Assembly: GCF_003918875.1 (NCBI RefSeq)
Contig: NW_025766625.1
Span: forward strand, 1,240,001-1,304,000
Length of the DNA: 64,000 bases
Reading direction: 5' to 3'
Source of the DNA: Haliotis rubra
Lineage: Eukaryota
Numbering within the stretch: the stretch's first letter is position 1; each line of letters starts with the position of its first letter. A program made the position numbers and the translations under genes. The notes below the pieces were generated by a model. The model saw only the letters and a program-made list of their open reading frames with translations. It made no database searches and was not told the DNA's origin. Below are positions 1 through 12,835 of the stretch, piece by piece.

Positions 1-77
1 TACCTCGTACCAGTTTATCCGTATATAAAATAACACTTACCCTTATCTCATAACTGTTGTTGCTTTAACATGTACAT

Positions 78-187
78 ATATAGCTGTCTGTTCCTAATTG
101 TTTCATCCACCTGATGAAGGAGTAAGAATATGCTTCGTCGTGACCCATCACAAAAAAGAAGTTGACATCCTTAAAATTCTTGCCTTT
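78..187 (+). mobile_element. Second Penelope-like pLTR remnant with inactivated hammerhead
   Basis: atatagctgtctgtt..cac-ctgatgaag-gagtaagaatatgcttc-gtcgtg..aaagaagttgacatcc aligns to 20490-20603 but lacks GAAAC. Confidence 0.6.
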
Positions 188-192
188 AACAC

Positions 193-1278
193 TTACCCTG
201 CACCTGTGTTCTGTTTTATCGAGTTTTCACTCACTCTGTACCCCTGTCCACTCTTTGCGCCTGTATTCACTCTCTCTGAACCTTTCTTCACCCCGTCTCT
301 ACCTGTGTTCACCCTGTCTCTACCTGTGTTCACCCCGTCTCTACCTGTGTTCACCCTGTCTGTACCTGTGTTCACCCCGTCTCTACCTGTGTTCACCCTG
401 TCTGTACCTGTGTTCACCCCGTCTCTACCTGTGTTCACCTGTCTGTACCTGTGTTCACCCTGTCTGTACCTGTGTTCACCCTGTCTGTACCTGTGTTCAC
501 CCTGTCTGTACCTGTGTTCACCCTGTCTGTACCTGTGTTCACCCCGTCTCTACCTGTGTTCACCCTGTCTGTACCTGTGTTCACCCCGTCTCTACCTGTG
601 TTCACCCTGTCTGCACATGTGTTCAACCTGCCTGTACATGTGTTCACCCTGTCTGTACATGTGTTCACCCTGTCTGTACATGTGTTCACCCCGTCTCTAC
701 CTGTGTTCACCCTGTCTGTACCTGTGTTCACCCCGTCTCTACCTGTGTTCACCCTGTCTGCACATGTGCTCACCCTGCCTGTACATGTGTTCACCCTGTC
801 TGTACATGTGTTCACCCTGTCTGTACATGTGTTCACCCCGTCTCTACCTGTGTTCACCCTGTCTGTACCTGTGTTCACCCTGTCTGTACCTGTGTTCACC
901 CTGTCTGTACCTGTGTTCACCCTGTCTGTACCTGTGTTCACCCCGTCTCTACCTGTGTTGACCCTGTCTGTACCTGTGTTCACCCCGTCTCTACCTGTGT
1001 TCACCCTGTCTGCACATGTGTTCACCCTGCCTGTACATGTGTTCACCCTGTCTGTACATGTGTTCACACCCTGTCTGTACCTGTTTTCACCCCGTCTTTA
1101 CCTGTGTTCACCCTGTCTGTACCTGTGTTCACCCCGTCTCTACCTGTGTTCACCCTGTTTGTACCTGTGTTCACCCTGTCTGTACCTGTGTTCACCCTGT
1201 CTGTACATGTGTTCACCCTGCCTGTACATGTGTTCACTCTCTCTGTACCTGTATTCACCCTCTCTGTACCTGTATTCA
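193..1278. repeat. 21-bp minisatellite (cctgtgttcaccctgtctgta)n
   Basis: About 50 near-identical units; the source of the PVFTLSV / VNTGTDR / CSPCLYL repeat ORFs. Confidence 0.97.
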
Positions 1279-1648
1279 AGTTAAATTTGGGACTGTACAT
1301 TGGGCGCTGATACAAAGGTTTTTCAGTTTGTTTGGTACAGAATTTCAGTGTATTAGGAAACAGCCACACAGAACTTTCATCTGAGAAAATCACATTGTCC
1401 CAGTTAAAATGTCTATGCTGTAAGCACCAGTTCAACCTTCGCTCCTTTTGTTCAGGTTTCATGATCGGTGATAGAATTCCTCGACTTTTCGGCCAACCCA
1501 TTGCATGCAGCTCATCAGTTCTAATTGACTCCTTACAGACAGCCACAGTTCCTCTATCAATCATATCCAGCTTTAAGTTTTCTAAACTCTTTCGTTTGTT
1601 TTTAGAAACAAGAATACCAAGCCGCCTCCTGTCAACGACAGTGAATTT
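1279..1648 (-). mobile_element. Internal Tc1 transposase fragment embedded in the minisatellite
   Basis: Encodes ERRLNWCLQHRHFNWDNVIFSDES (first catalytic D); near-identical to 6380-6730 of the full-length Tc1 copy. Confidence 0.9.
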
Positions 1649-4600
1649 ACCTGTATTCACTCCCCATGTACCTGTGTTCGCTCCCTCTGCACCAGTGTTC
1701 ACTCCCTCTGTACCTGTGTTCCTCCCTCTGCACCAGTGTTCCTCCCTCTGTACCTGTGTTCCTCCCTCCGCACCTGTATTCACTTCCTCCCTACCTGTAT
1801 TCACTCCCTCTGCGCCAGTGTTCACTCCCTCTGTACCTGTATCCACTTCCTCCCTACCTGTATTCACTCTCTCTGAACCCCTGTCCACTCTGTCCATTCC
1901 ATTCCTCTCTCTTGTACCCTGTGTTCACTCTCTATGCATGCAAGTTATCCTCTCTGAACCTGTGTTTTAGGAAACCATTCCAAGCCGCCTTCCATTATCA
2001 ACGACAGTCCTATTTACCTGTATTCACTCCCTATGTACAGTGTTCACTCCCTCTGCACAGTGTTCACTCCTCTGTACTCTGTGTGCACTCCCTTCCTGTA
2101 CCTGTGTTCACTCCTCCGTACCCAGACATTCACTCTCTCTGAACCCCTGTCCACTCTGTGCTTCTATTCCCCCTCTCTTCCCGTGTTCCTCCTCCATGCC
2201 ATGTGTCATCCTCTCTTTCCACCTGTATTCATTTCCTCCGTACCAGTGTTCACTCCCTCTTTGTATCCTCCCACTGTACCTTGCATTCCTCCATCTGTTC
2301 ACCTTTGCACCTGTGTTCCTCCATTACAAGTATTCACTCCCTCCAGTGTTCCACCTATGTTCCTCTGTTCCATTCCATTCCTTGTCCACTCATTCCTTTC
2401 CCTTCCACCTGTGTTCCCCTCCTGTGTTCCTCTCCTCTTCCATTCCACCATTCGTCATTCCACTCCCTCAGTTCCTCCTGTACCCTATTCACTCCCTCTT
2501 GTCTCCAGGTCCACCTTTCCTCCCAGTGTTCCACTCTGTACCTCCATCTGTAACAGTTCCTTCCTTCCACTCTGTTTACTCTGTACCAGTGTTCTCCTTC
2601 TTCCTGTTTCCTCCCTCAGCATGCTTTATCCTCTGTGTCATTCCTCCATTTCCTCCATTCCACTATTCCTCCACTGTCCAGTGTCCATCCATCTGTTCCA
2701 TTCCAGTTTCCTCCATTCCACTATTTTCTCCCTTCCTCCCTTTCACCCTCCAGGTCCACTCCCTCTTCAGTCGTTCCTTCTGTGCCACTCTTAATTAGTT
2801 CCACTCCCATTCCTCATTCCCTCAGCACCAGTGTTCATTCCTCTTCTACCAGTTTCATTCCTCCTTACCTCTGTACCTGTGTCCAGTTCCTCCTCTAGTT
2901 CCAGTGTTTCCACTCCCCCACACCAGTGTTTACCTCTGTACCAGTGTTCCTCCTCCAGTTCCTCCTCCTTGTTCATCTCCCTCCAGTGTTTACTCAGTCC
3001 AGTTCTCACCAGTGCTCTTGTCCACCAGTGTTTACTCCCTCCTCCAGTGTTTTCCTCCAGTACCTCTGTGAAATTCTGTCCTGCATTCCACCTCAGTCAG
3101 TGTTTACTCGTTCCTTTACCCTCAGTGTAAGCCATTCACTTTCTCCCCTGTTCCCAGTGTTTTCACTCCTGTTTATCTCAGTGCCAGTTCTCCCCACTAC
3201 TGCATGCATTCCTCTGTTCCAGTGTTTGTGTGTTTATTCCTCCTGTGTCACCCCTCACTACCAGTCCCCCTCTTGTCGTTTTACTCCCAGTACCATGTTC
3301 CTCTGTCCACTCCTCCCAGTGGTCTTTTCCTCCTGTTTACTCCCTCTGTGTGCCTCCCCCCTCAGTTGTTTACTCCCCTCAGTCAGTCTTTACTCCCTCT
3401 TACAGTGTTTACGGTCGTTTCATCCCACTCCAGTTTTACTCCCAGTACTGTGGTTTACCCCCTCTGTGTGTTTTCGCCCCTGTGTAACATTCCTCCAACG
3501 CAGTGCTCCTCGGTACCCAGTCTCCCTCATTACCAGTGGTACCACAGTCTCCTTTCCGGTATTCACTATTCTGTGTGTTAACTCCCTCTGTTCCTCCCCT
3601 TGTACCACTGTTCACTCTCTGTTCCTCCACTCCGGTCGTTTTCCTGTAATGTCACCCCTCGGTCTCTCAGTTTCCCCTGCGTTCCTCCCCTCAGTCCAGT
3701 TTCACCCCTCCGTGCTTACTTCTGTACCGTGTTCCTCCACAGTTCCCGGTTTACTCCCCCCAGTACCAGTTCCTCCCTCTGTCGTTTTACTCCGGTGCCC
3801 AGTAGGTTCCCACTGTGCCAGTGTTTACTCCGTTCTCGGTCGTTTTACTCCCTCCCAGGTCAGTTTGCTCCTGCTGTGCCGGTGTTTCATCCTCCAGTGT
3901 TTATCCCCTGGTGCTGGTAAGTTCCGGGTGTTTTACTCCCTCTGTTGTTTACTCCCTCCATGTGTGTGTTTACTGGTCGTTCCTCTGTGTCCCACTCCAG
4001 TTTTACTCCCTCTGTGTGTTTCCCCTGTTGTTTCTCCGGTGTAACAGTTTTTTCCTCCAACGTGTTTACTGTCCAGGTCTTTCCCTTCCAGGTTTATTTC
4101 CCCATCCTGTGCTCCCCTTCCCAGTGTTTCCTTCTGTTCCTGGTCGTTCCTCTGTGGTCGTTTCCTCCAGTTTCGGGTCTCGGTCCAGTGTTTCTCCCTC
4201 TGTCCGGTGTTCATTCCTTCGGTGCCGGTCCGGTCCTTTCTCGGTACCAGTGCTTTCCTATTCCTGTCCGGTGTTTCCTCCCCTCAGTACGTGTTTCCCC
4301 TCGTCGTGTTTCCCCTGGTCAGTTCCTCCTCGGTGCTGCAGTTCCCATCCCACTGTACGGTCGTTTATTCCGGTGTGCTCCCTCTGTCGTTTACCTCCAA
4401 GTGTTTCATCCGTACCAGTGTGGTCCGTACCGTTCCCTCGTGTGTTCGTCCCTCTGTTCAGTGCCGGGTGTGTGGTCCATCCCTCCGTGTTCCTCGTTTT
4501 ACTGGTCGTTTCCTCTTTGGTGTTTACTCCCCATCCAGTGTGTTCCAGTGTTTACTGGTCGTGTTTCCCTCGGTCGTTTTACCCCCTCTGTGACAGGTCG

Positions 4601-5832
4601 TTTCTCCCACTGTGCCAGTGTTTACTCCCTCTGTCGTTTTACTCCGTTTAACAGTGTCGTTTCCTCCTCCGTAGCGGTTTTACTCCTTGGTCGTTTCCTC
4701 GGGACCATGTGCCGGTCTACTCCCTCTGTTGTTTACCCCTCAGTTCCAGTGTCGTTTCCTCCTCTCCGTGTTTACCTCCATCTCCACTCATTCTGTTTCG
4801 TGTTTCCTCCTGTTTACCTGTTTACCACTCCCTCGTTTTCTGTAACAGTGTTTCCACTCCCTCGGTACCGGTGTTTGTCTGTGTGTTTACTCCCTCAATA
4901 CCAGTGTTTAATTACTCTGTACCTGCATTCACTGTACCAGTGTTTACTCCACTCAGTGTGTTTACTCCCTCACTACCAGTCCCTCTGTAATATAGTTTTT
5001 CATCTCTCACCAGTGTTTACTTCTGTAACAGTCCCTCAGTACCAGTGTTCTTAACAGTCACCCCTAGTACTAGTAAGTGTTTACACCCCTCGGTGTTTTT
5101 ACTCCCTCTCAGTACCACAGTGTTTACTCCCCTCAATACTCAGTGTTTAATTACTCTGCTCCGGGTTTACCAGTGTGTTTAATCCCCAGTACCAGTTCCC
5201 CTCTGTACCAGTGTTTACTCCCCAGTACAGTGTTTACTCCCTCTGTAACAGTGTTTACTCCCTCAGTACCAGTGTTTACTCCCTCTGTACCAGTGTTTAC
5301 TCCCTCTGTACCAGTGTTTACTCCCTCTGTACCAGTGTTTACTCCCTCTGTACCAGTGTTTACTCCCTCGGTACCAGTGTTTACTCCCTCTGTAACAGTG
5401 TTTACTCCCTCCTCAGTACCAGTGTTTACTCCCTCTGTAACAGTGTTTACTCCCCTCTGTACCAGTGTTTACTCCTCTCCAGTACTCCAGTGTGTTACTC
5501 CCTCTGTAACAGTGTTTACTCCCTCGGTACCAGTGTTTACTCCCTCTGTACCAGTGTTTACTCCCTCTGTAACAGTGTTTACTCCCTCTGTACCAGTGTT
5601 TACTCCCTCTGTGCCAGTATTTCATCCCACTGTACCAGTGTTTTGTAACAGTGTTGACTCTGTACCAGTGTTTACTCCCTCTGTGCCAGTATTTCATCCC
5701 ACTGTACCAGTGTTTACTCCCTCAGTACAAGTGTTTACTCCCTCTGTAACAGTGTTTTCTCACTCAGTACCAGTGTTTACTCCCTCGGTACCAGTGTTCA
5801 ATCCCTCAGTACCAGTGCTTACTCCCTCTGTT
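1649..5832. repeat. Degenerate/noisy 21-bp minisatellite (ccagtgtttactccctctgta)n
   Basis: Clean units at 1650-1900 and 5200-5830, with progressively scrambled C/T-rich versions between. Confidence 0.85.
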
Positions 5833-5861
5833 ATTTCATAACGTTACAGCAACGTTACATA

Positions 5862-7100
5862 CACAGTACAACCAGAATTTATTGAGAATTTAAGATTGTA
5901 ATTTAAAAAAATAATTCACTCATTACTCACGTATTAAATGTGAATATTGTCAAGTCACCATGGGCAGCAATGCAGGCTTCAATGCGGTGGGGCATACTAC
6001 TGATCAAAGAAGTTAGAAAGTCGTGGTCCATGCTGTCCCAATATCGGACCACCTCTTCTTTCATTTCAGCAATATTTGTCAGATTTTTCTTATTGACACT
6101 TTCCTTCATAAGTCCCCAAACATTTTCCATTGGATTTAGGTCAGGGCTATAGCTTGGCCAATCTAATAATGTCATATTTTGGGTCCGAAACAAGGCCTGT
6201 GAATGATTAGAACGATGTTTTGGGTCGTTGTCCTGCTGGAAAATTCAAAAATTTCCATAGAACATGTGAGCAAATGGGAGTAAATGTCCCTCAAGAATAT
6301 CTGTGTACCGCTCACTATTCATATTCCCTTCAAATACAAAGAGGGGCGTTGCCCCTAACACAGATATGCCACCCCACACGTTAAATTTCGGACTGTACTT
6401 TGGGCGCTGATACAAAGGTTTTTCAGTTTGTTCGGTCCAGAATTGCAGTGTATTAGGAAACAGCCTCACAGAACTTTCATCTGTCCCAGTTAAAATTTCT
6501 ATGCTGTAAGCACCAGTTCAACCTTCGCTCCTTTTGTTCAAGTTTCATGATCGGTGATGGAATTCCTCGACTTTTCGGCCAACCCATTGCATGCAGCTCA
6601 GTTCTAATTGTCTCCTTACAGACACCCACAGTTCCTCTATCAATCATATCCAGCCTTAAGTTTTCTAAACTCCTTCGTTTGTTTTAGAAACAAGAATACC
6701 AAGCCGCCTCCTGTCAACGACAGTCAATTTTCAGGGCCTACCTGCGCCTCCCTGGTGCTCAATGCCATATCCATTTGCAATATTTTTCAAAACACGATAA
6801 ACAGTGGACAAAGGGATTCCTGTTCTACTTGAAATCACTTTAGCTGATCTGATGTCCTTGTTATAATATTCTAAAATCAACTTCCTCTTCTCTAAATCAT
6901 CCATACTGAGGAGCACTGAAAATGTCGTGTGTTAGCAAGTAAACAAAGGGGGATAACTCTTCACAAACTAATGAAAAAGGATTAACGGAGTTGTCTCTCT
7001 TGAATGAAACCAAGCACTTGATAGCTGGTCAAGGTTGTTTATACTAGAAATCTAATTAAACATATTCCTAAAATTCTCAATGATTTCTGGTCATACTATG
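5862..7100 (-). mobile_element. Full-length defective Tc1 (DD34E) DNA transposon
   Basis: ~30-bp imperfect TIRs (cacagtacaaccagaatttattgagaattt / aaattctcaatgatttctggtcatactatg), TA on both flanks. Transposase pieces MDDLEKRK..GAGRP and FQQDNDPKH-...-WPSYSPDLNPME with 34 residues between D and E; stop at 6245 plus indels. Confidence 0.93.
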
Positions 7101-7744
7101 TATATATACGTTATCAAATCGTTGTGCATTGACTATTACACAAGAACCTGTGTTACTGTGTAGGAATTGCCGTGACAAAAGGTTTGTGAGTCCCCTTTGA
7201 GACAGCAAAATAGAACACAGATAAGTCTAAAATATTCATCAATGTATAGAATAAACAATGAGCAAGGTTACAACGAATGACAGTACATATTTGTAATACA
7301 ATATTATGGAGTCACAAATCTAAAATATTAGGTCACAAATTTAGAATATTAACTAAATGTCTATAGTTACGCCATACAGTCTTGATTCTTGTCGATGTAC
7401 TGATTAAGATTTGTTGACGACAGTTGAGATGATTTGAGCTGGCGATGTTAGCAGACATGTGAACAATGTCTGCTGTTACATCTGTTATACAGTACACATG
7501 ACACCCTGCGCTTTACCTGTTGTCACCCATAATAATCAATGTGACATCTTAACAAAAACACACTTTCATAACACTTGGTGTCACGATAGTTTTCTGTAAA
7601 ACTTTTCACTTTGAGATTCTTTCTTCGCTATTCAGCTACAGCTTCCGAAAACACACGACCAAAACAACATGCAAATTGACGAAAAGACATTGAAGTGAAT
7701 TTCTACTTTGTTTTTTATGTACTGTTCACAACTTGGAATCTTAC

Positions 7745-8467
7745 ACAAGATGCTTACGCTACTGGATTAAACTGATTCATTTGCCAGCCCATCGCTTTAT
7801 GGCAGAAAACGTATAACATGTTTTACCACCTAAACGAAATCGGCAAAAAAACGTGGGCTTCATTAATAAAGAACTTACTATTCACCTATGGATTCGGCCT
7901 CGTATGGACTTCACAAACAGTGGGCAACTGCCATTCCTTTCTGAAATTATTTCGTACTCGCGCCACTGACATGTTCAAACAGGATTGGCATTCATGTCTT
8001 GAGGAGAGCTCAAGATACGACACATATTGCATTATAAAATCGAATTTTGAAACTGAAACCTACCTCCACAACATTAAACCTAAATCTCTTCGAAATACCC
8101 TTATAGGATTCAGACTTGGTCTCAGTGAATGAAAGTGAACAAAGGAAGACGGCATCGAGAAATCAGCCCGACTTTGCAAAATATGTAATAATGGCGTTGA
8201 AAACGAGTACCAGTTCATGTACGTCTGCCCCATCTATGCTCAACTTAGATCTAAGTATTAACCTCCATATAACTTCATGTCTATATATAGTTTTAAGAAG
8301 TTGTTATCCTGCAATAACCCTACAATTCAATTCCAAATTGCTCTGTTTATACACCATGCTTTAATATTACGCAAACCATCATATTGTTAACAACATTGTA
8401 TTTTTGTTCTGCTTCAGAAATATATCTAACTCAAATGTATATGGCCTTCGTACAATAAAAGCATTGA
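7745..8467 (+). mobile_element. 5'-truncated LINE 3' end (RT C-terminal region, RTE-X-like)
   Basis: YWIKL..TWASLIKNLLFTYGFGLVW..Q..FKQDW..SSRYDTY..K..FETETYL..FR, then LCKIC..ENEYQF..VCP.Y..LR in another frame; AATAAA tail at ~8454. Clade assignment is from recalled motif pattern only. Confidence 0.75.
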
Positions 8468-8719
8468 CCTACTGGGAAAACTATTCAACTATTAACGTTA
8501 AATAGAACGATAAGAGAGAACGTATATAGCATGATTAGAAATACAGTTTAACATGTGTAGTTTCATGCTACAATCCATGACATATGCCATGTCCGAATCA
8601 AAAGTTCTTTGCAAATGTTGCTATCGATCACCATTGAATTCAGGCCACACAACTGATTTAGGGAAACATATATAGGATTCCACATACCTGTTTTCATCAG
8701 TATCAATGATTTAACTTAA

Positions 8720-8788
8720 CCTGTACCCGTGATGTGCTTTATTGTGTATTCACACGCTGTAGCTGTCTTCACTCCCACTGTACCTGCG

Positions 8789-8854
<66 letters not shown>

Positions 8855-9090
8855 CGGTGTTCACTCTCTCTGTACCTGTGTTCCCTCACTCTGTACCAGT
8901 GTTCACTCTCTCTCTGTACCTGTGTTCACTCTGTACCTACGTGAACTTTCTCTGTACCTGTGTTCACTCTGTACCTTCGTGCACTCTCTCTGTACCTGTG
9001 TTCACTCTCTCTGTACCTGTGTTCACTCTCTCTGTACCTGTTTTCCCTCTCTCTGTACTTACATTCACTCTCAGTACCTGTATTCACTCA
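8720..9090. repeat. Same 21-bp minisatellite family plus (CT)n microsatellite (8793-8850)
   Basis: ctgtacctgtgttcactctct units and a ~29-unit CT run. Confidence 0.9.
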
Positions 9091-9218
9091 AATCAATCGT
9101 TCTTTGCAAATGTTGCTATCTATCACCATTCACATGTTAATCACATAAGCCTCACAAAATCGGCATTGTGTACTCACAGATGGTCCGTTAAAACCATTCG
9201 TCAGAGAATTTTTAAGAC

Positions 9219-9551
9219 TTACCAGTTATCCATGGAGTTGTGTCCTAAGTATAGTAATATCCAGGCAGATAGTACTGAAAGTTCGGTCAGTTCATGTTTC
9301 CTGCGTGTTAGTAAGTAAATCGTGAGCAGTCGAGCTCTCAGAGGCATTGTCATATCTGTTGTATCTGGTTCATTCAAACTGTTTTTCAATTGTTTTGACG
9401 AAACGTCCTGATTATCATTATTTATCAGGGAACCTTGTGAATCAATCGACAAACGTTTCGCCTCCTCACTTTCCTCTTCATTGTAACCTTTCTTCTCCAA
9501 GGGGCTCATTAAGGGGTCAACGCCGTTAACGTGATCTGCCATGAAAACCAT
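9219..9551 (-). CDS. Possible coding exon (either in-frame exon 3 of IAP-1 from acceptor 9535, or first exon of a neighbouring gene)
   Basis: 110-aa ORF of non-repetitive composition ending in a hydrophobic stretch (LSVLSAWILLYLG), with a TG|GTAAGT donor at 9223. The ggcag|AT acceptor at 9535 is phase 1, compatible with the IAP-1 donor at 11647. No family recognised. Confidence 0.35.
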   Translation of the reverse strand: MVFMADHVNGVDPLMSPLEKKGYNEEESEEAKRLSIDSQGSLINNDNQDVSSKQLKNSLNEPDTTDMTMPLRARLLTIYLLTRRKHELTELSVLSAWILLYLGHNSMDNW

Positions 9552-9961
9552 GTTTATGGTTACTCGCGTATCAAGTGCATAAGGTTAGATGAAAGTGGCC
9601 GTTTGCCCAAAGAGGGGTTACCATATCATTATTTATCCAGTTTTAAATGAATACAATTTCAAATTATAAATCTACGTTTAAGTAAAGTTGTGGGTTTTGT
9701 GATCCTTATCAAAGTGTGAGTAGTATATACAGTTATTGCATGTGCAAATGAATACTGGCTAGAAAATAATTAACAGAATTTATTCAATTCCGACGGTTTG
9801 GATGACTCACATTAGATAATGTTAATGTTAGCTCTCGTGCAAATAAAAATGAGTAATGATGAATGTGCTGTTATTTGAGGTGGTCACGGAAATAGTCGAA
9901 ATAATTCGCGGTTGCCTGTTTCTGTAGACCAGACAGACTATCCGCTACGACTAACAACCAG

Positions 9962-10077
9962 GGCCTCCTTTCACAAAGCACTAAGGTGATCGTAAGTCGC
10001 TAAGGTAACCTTAGTGCAATGTTAAAGAATGGGAGTTAAAGTTAATCTTAGTAAAGGTTGCTTCGTGAAAGGAGCCC
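9962..10077. mobile_element. MITE (PIF/Harbinger-like, 3-bp CAG TSD)
   Basis: 19-bp TIRs ggcctcctttcacaaagca / tgcttcgtgaaaggagccc (17/19), flanked by cag on both sides. Confidence 0.75.
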
Positions 10078-10249
10078 CAGATCTTCAGTTTACTTGGTTG
10101 GTACTTCTATACTGGGATACTGGGTACATATACCAAATCTCCACTGGTTCACTCCCCAAGAACTGTCAAATACAGGTATCTAAAATTAACCAAAGAACAA
10201 TATCTTCACTGTAGATCATAAACCGCAAATATGACTTTTCCTCTATTAG

Positions 10250-10540
10250 TATTTGTTTCCAGCTATATGAGGGCGATCTGTGAATAATGAACTCTAGAAC
10301 ATCCAGTGAATGCCATCATGAGCATCGATATAGGTAATGGGGATACAGCAACTCAGTCATCGAGGATGATCACCATCACGTTAGTGGCTTCTTACGACAA
10401 GCCCCACATGAGTACAATGTGTGAAGCCCATTTCTGGTGTGCCCCGCCGTGATGTTGCTGGAATTTGCTAAAAGCGGCGTAAACCCAAACTCAGTCAGTC
10501 AGTCAGTCTTACGACAAGCAAGGGTTCGTCACGGGTCCTC
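10250..10540. mobile_element. Degenerate SINE-B (minus) interrupted by a 5'-truncated SINE-A (10403-10506, plus)
   Basis: 13-bp TSD tcttacgacaagc at 10390-10402 and 10507-10519 surrounds the SINE-A 3' half; the flanks match SINE-B. Confidence 0.8.
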
Positions 10541-10939
10541 TGTTACTTAAATGATTTAAGTAAAATAGTATGTTGTGAACTTAGGATTGGAAAATAAAGT
10601 AATATTTGTTTGTATGAAACATCTGTTCATATTTGTCACAACCAAGTTTATTTAAACCCTTAGTCCAGGCGAGCGAACAGGCGTGTGTATGAGCATAAGC
10701 TTGCGCGTGGGAAAAAGCATGCAGCACGTACGTGTGTTCTACATAGGTTGTTCAGGCTGTTGCGATTTTGGAGAGCGTCCACGTCGGACCTATTCTATGT
10801 TATTCCCAGTCATATTTGGTCGCTTGGACGTAAATACGTTTATTACTGTGATATGCATATTGGGATTATGGTTATAGAAATTATGTATTTCATGTATGAT
10901 CTGTTGTCACAGTGAGTAACACGTACATGTAATTAGTAG

Positions 10940-11243
10940 TGTGTGATAACAGTAGTAGGGTATCTTGGTAAACAGTATAACAGTGTGATAACAGTAGTAG
11001 GGCATATTGGTAAACAGTAAAACAGTGTGATAACAGTAGTAGGGCATATTGGTAAACAGTAAAACAGTGTGATAACAGTAGCAGGGTATATTGGTAAACA
11101 GTAAAACAGTGTGATAACAGTAGTAGGGTATACTGGTAAACAGTAAGACAGTGTGATAACAGTAGTAGGGTATATTGGTAAACAGTAAAAGAGTGTGATA
11201 ACAGTAGCAGGGTATATTGGTAAACAGTAAAACAGTGTGATAA
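10940..11243. repeat. 42-bp tandem repeat, ~7 copies
   Basis: gtgtgataacagtagtagggtatattggtaaacagtaaaaca recurring every 42 bp. Confidence 0.95.
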
Positions 11244-11572
11244 AATGTAGGTATAGTTAGTTTATTATAATGTTAAGTAACTACTGTGTGTGTATGCGTG
11301 CGTGGGTGGGTGCGTGCGTGCGCGCAGTAGAAGTGTGGGTATGTAAAGCAATTGCTTGTCTATGTGAGATGAGGTGTTATGAAATGATTGTTTGGAAGGT
11401 GTTTCGAGAGTCGTGTGAATATGAGTGAATGAATACTGTTTGGGATTATGCAAGGTGTGTACAGTGCGTGTGAAGATGGAGGCTTTCAGTGTGTGTGTGT
11501 GTGTGGTGTGTGGTTTGTGTGTATGATGTGTGTGGTGTAATATCTTTTTTAATAAACTTACGTTGTTAATCT

Positions 11573-12835
11573 TCATATTGTGTTATGTTGATGATGACGC
11601 TCTAGGGCTACTCCGTGGCAATGTTTGGGTAATGTATAATTCTTACCAGCGATGTCGAGTTGTTTGTGATGACCGTCTTCAGTGATCAGCTCATTGATAT
11701 CCATGTTTTGTGAAGAAAAAAAATGTTCATATTTTGATAAATGTTTTTGAGGTGATGGTGTTATACACAAAGTACTTTGTTCGAGGATATCACTTCTGTG
11801 AGGGGACTCTTCATCTGCTGAATGTTCTGGTATGGTACACTGGATTGAAACATTATTGTCGTCAGTGCCAGTGACATGGTTGCATGTGGGAGAAATAGAT
11901 GCATGAATTTGAAACGGGTTGTCGCTGCTCGTCCAATTCCTGTGTGTTATTCCGCAGCTGAAGCACCTGGTCTCATCTCCATCTCCTGTAGCATAGAACC
12001 CTGCTGCCACAAGGCACAGAGACGAAGCCACAATATCTACTCCCTGAAAAGACCTCAATCTCAAAGCCTCGTACGTCATATCCCCTTCCTCACTTTGTGT
12101 CCCTGGGTTTCGTAGTTCCTGGTAGCTGTAACGGTGATAAAGCCAACGGGAAAGTTCTTCTTCATGTACAACACGGAATCGTCGTAAATCAAAGGCTTCC
12201 AAGATCTTTGATCTATGCCCTTCGCGAGTTTCAGTGTCAGTGTGGAGAAGGCTCAGGTGCTTCAGCAGTAGACTGAAATCTGGCTCTTGAAGTCTGCCGC
12301 CGGGTATTTCTAAAATCAAGCCTAGTTTGTGGGCATAATATTTGACACTGTCTGCAGTCACAATTTCTATAATTTGCCTTGCGATAATTTTTTGTAATAT
12401 GCTCTCGATGGCAGGTGATTTGCCAAATGCAGCAGCTGTGCTGAAATTTATATGTAAATGAAAAGTGTGCATCATTGGCTCAATCAGCACGATGTTAGTT
12501 TCTTTCTCACTAGGATAATTTTTGCCGGTCTCGTCTTCTCCAGTCTTTGACTGGCCTTCTTTACCCTTTGGTTGATCTTTGTCACTCTGAGCGGCGTCTA
12601 GCTTATTGTCCCCACCGTTTTCCACACTCTCCATAGGATTGTTTTTAGTTCTGGGGACATGATTACATGCAGTCGAATACTGCTTATCATAACGCTTATC
12701 AAACTGCTCACCAGATAACTTATAAAATAACTTATAAATGTCCTTTTGTTTGTGCAAATCTTTGTCCTTGCCAGGATCCCCCGTCTTCATTTTTCAGATT
12801 GGGGTATCCTCTTGGTGTCCTCTTGGGTTTAGCTG
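11573..12835 (-). CDS. IAP-1: single-BIR inhibitor-of-apoptosis-like protein (main coding exon; ATG 12790; probable phase-1 donor at 11647)
   Basis: ORF 11573-12790 contains a full BIR: EALRLRSF...LVAAGFYATGDGDETRCFSCGITHRNWTSSDNPFQIHASISPTC (Cx2C..H x6 C). Acceptor ttcttcag|cag at 12835. GCT G|GTAAGA donor at 11647 is in the same phase as the FYAG| donor of the paralogs. No recognisable BIR2/UBA/RING exons downstream. Confidence 0.8.

Noticed and set aside
98-5841. Many long overlapping ORFs (Cys/Pro/Val-rich, metallothionein- or mucin-looking)
   Set aside because: By-products of a 21-bp (multiple of 3), stop-poor minisatellite; open in several frames on both strands.
10660-10800. Possible decayed RING/terminal exon for IAP-1 (LCRTHVRAACFFP..; similarly CRQQI at ~7430)
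   Set aside because: Cys/His spacing does not fit a RING; similarity too weak to call.
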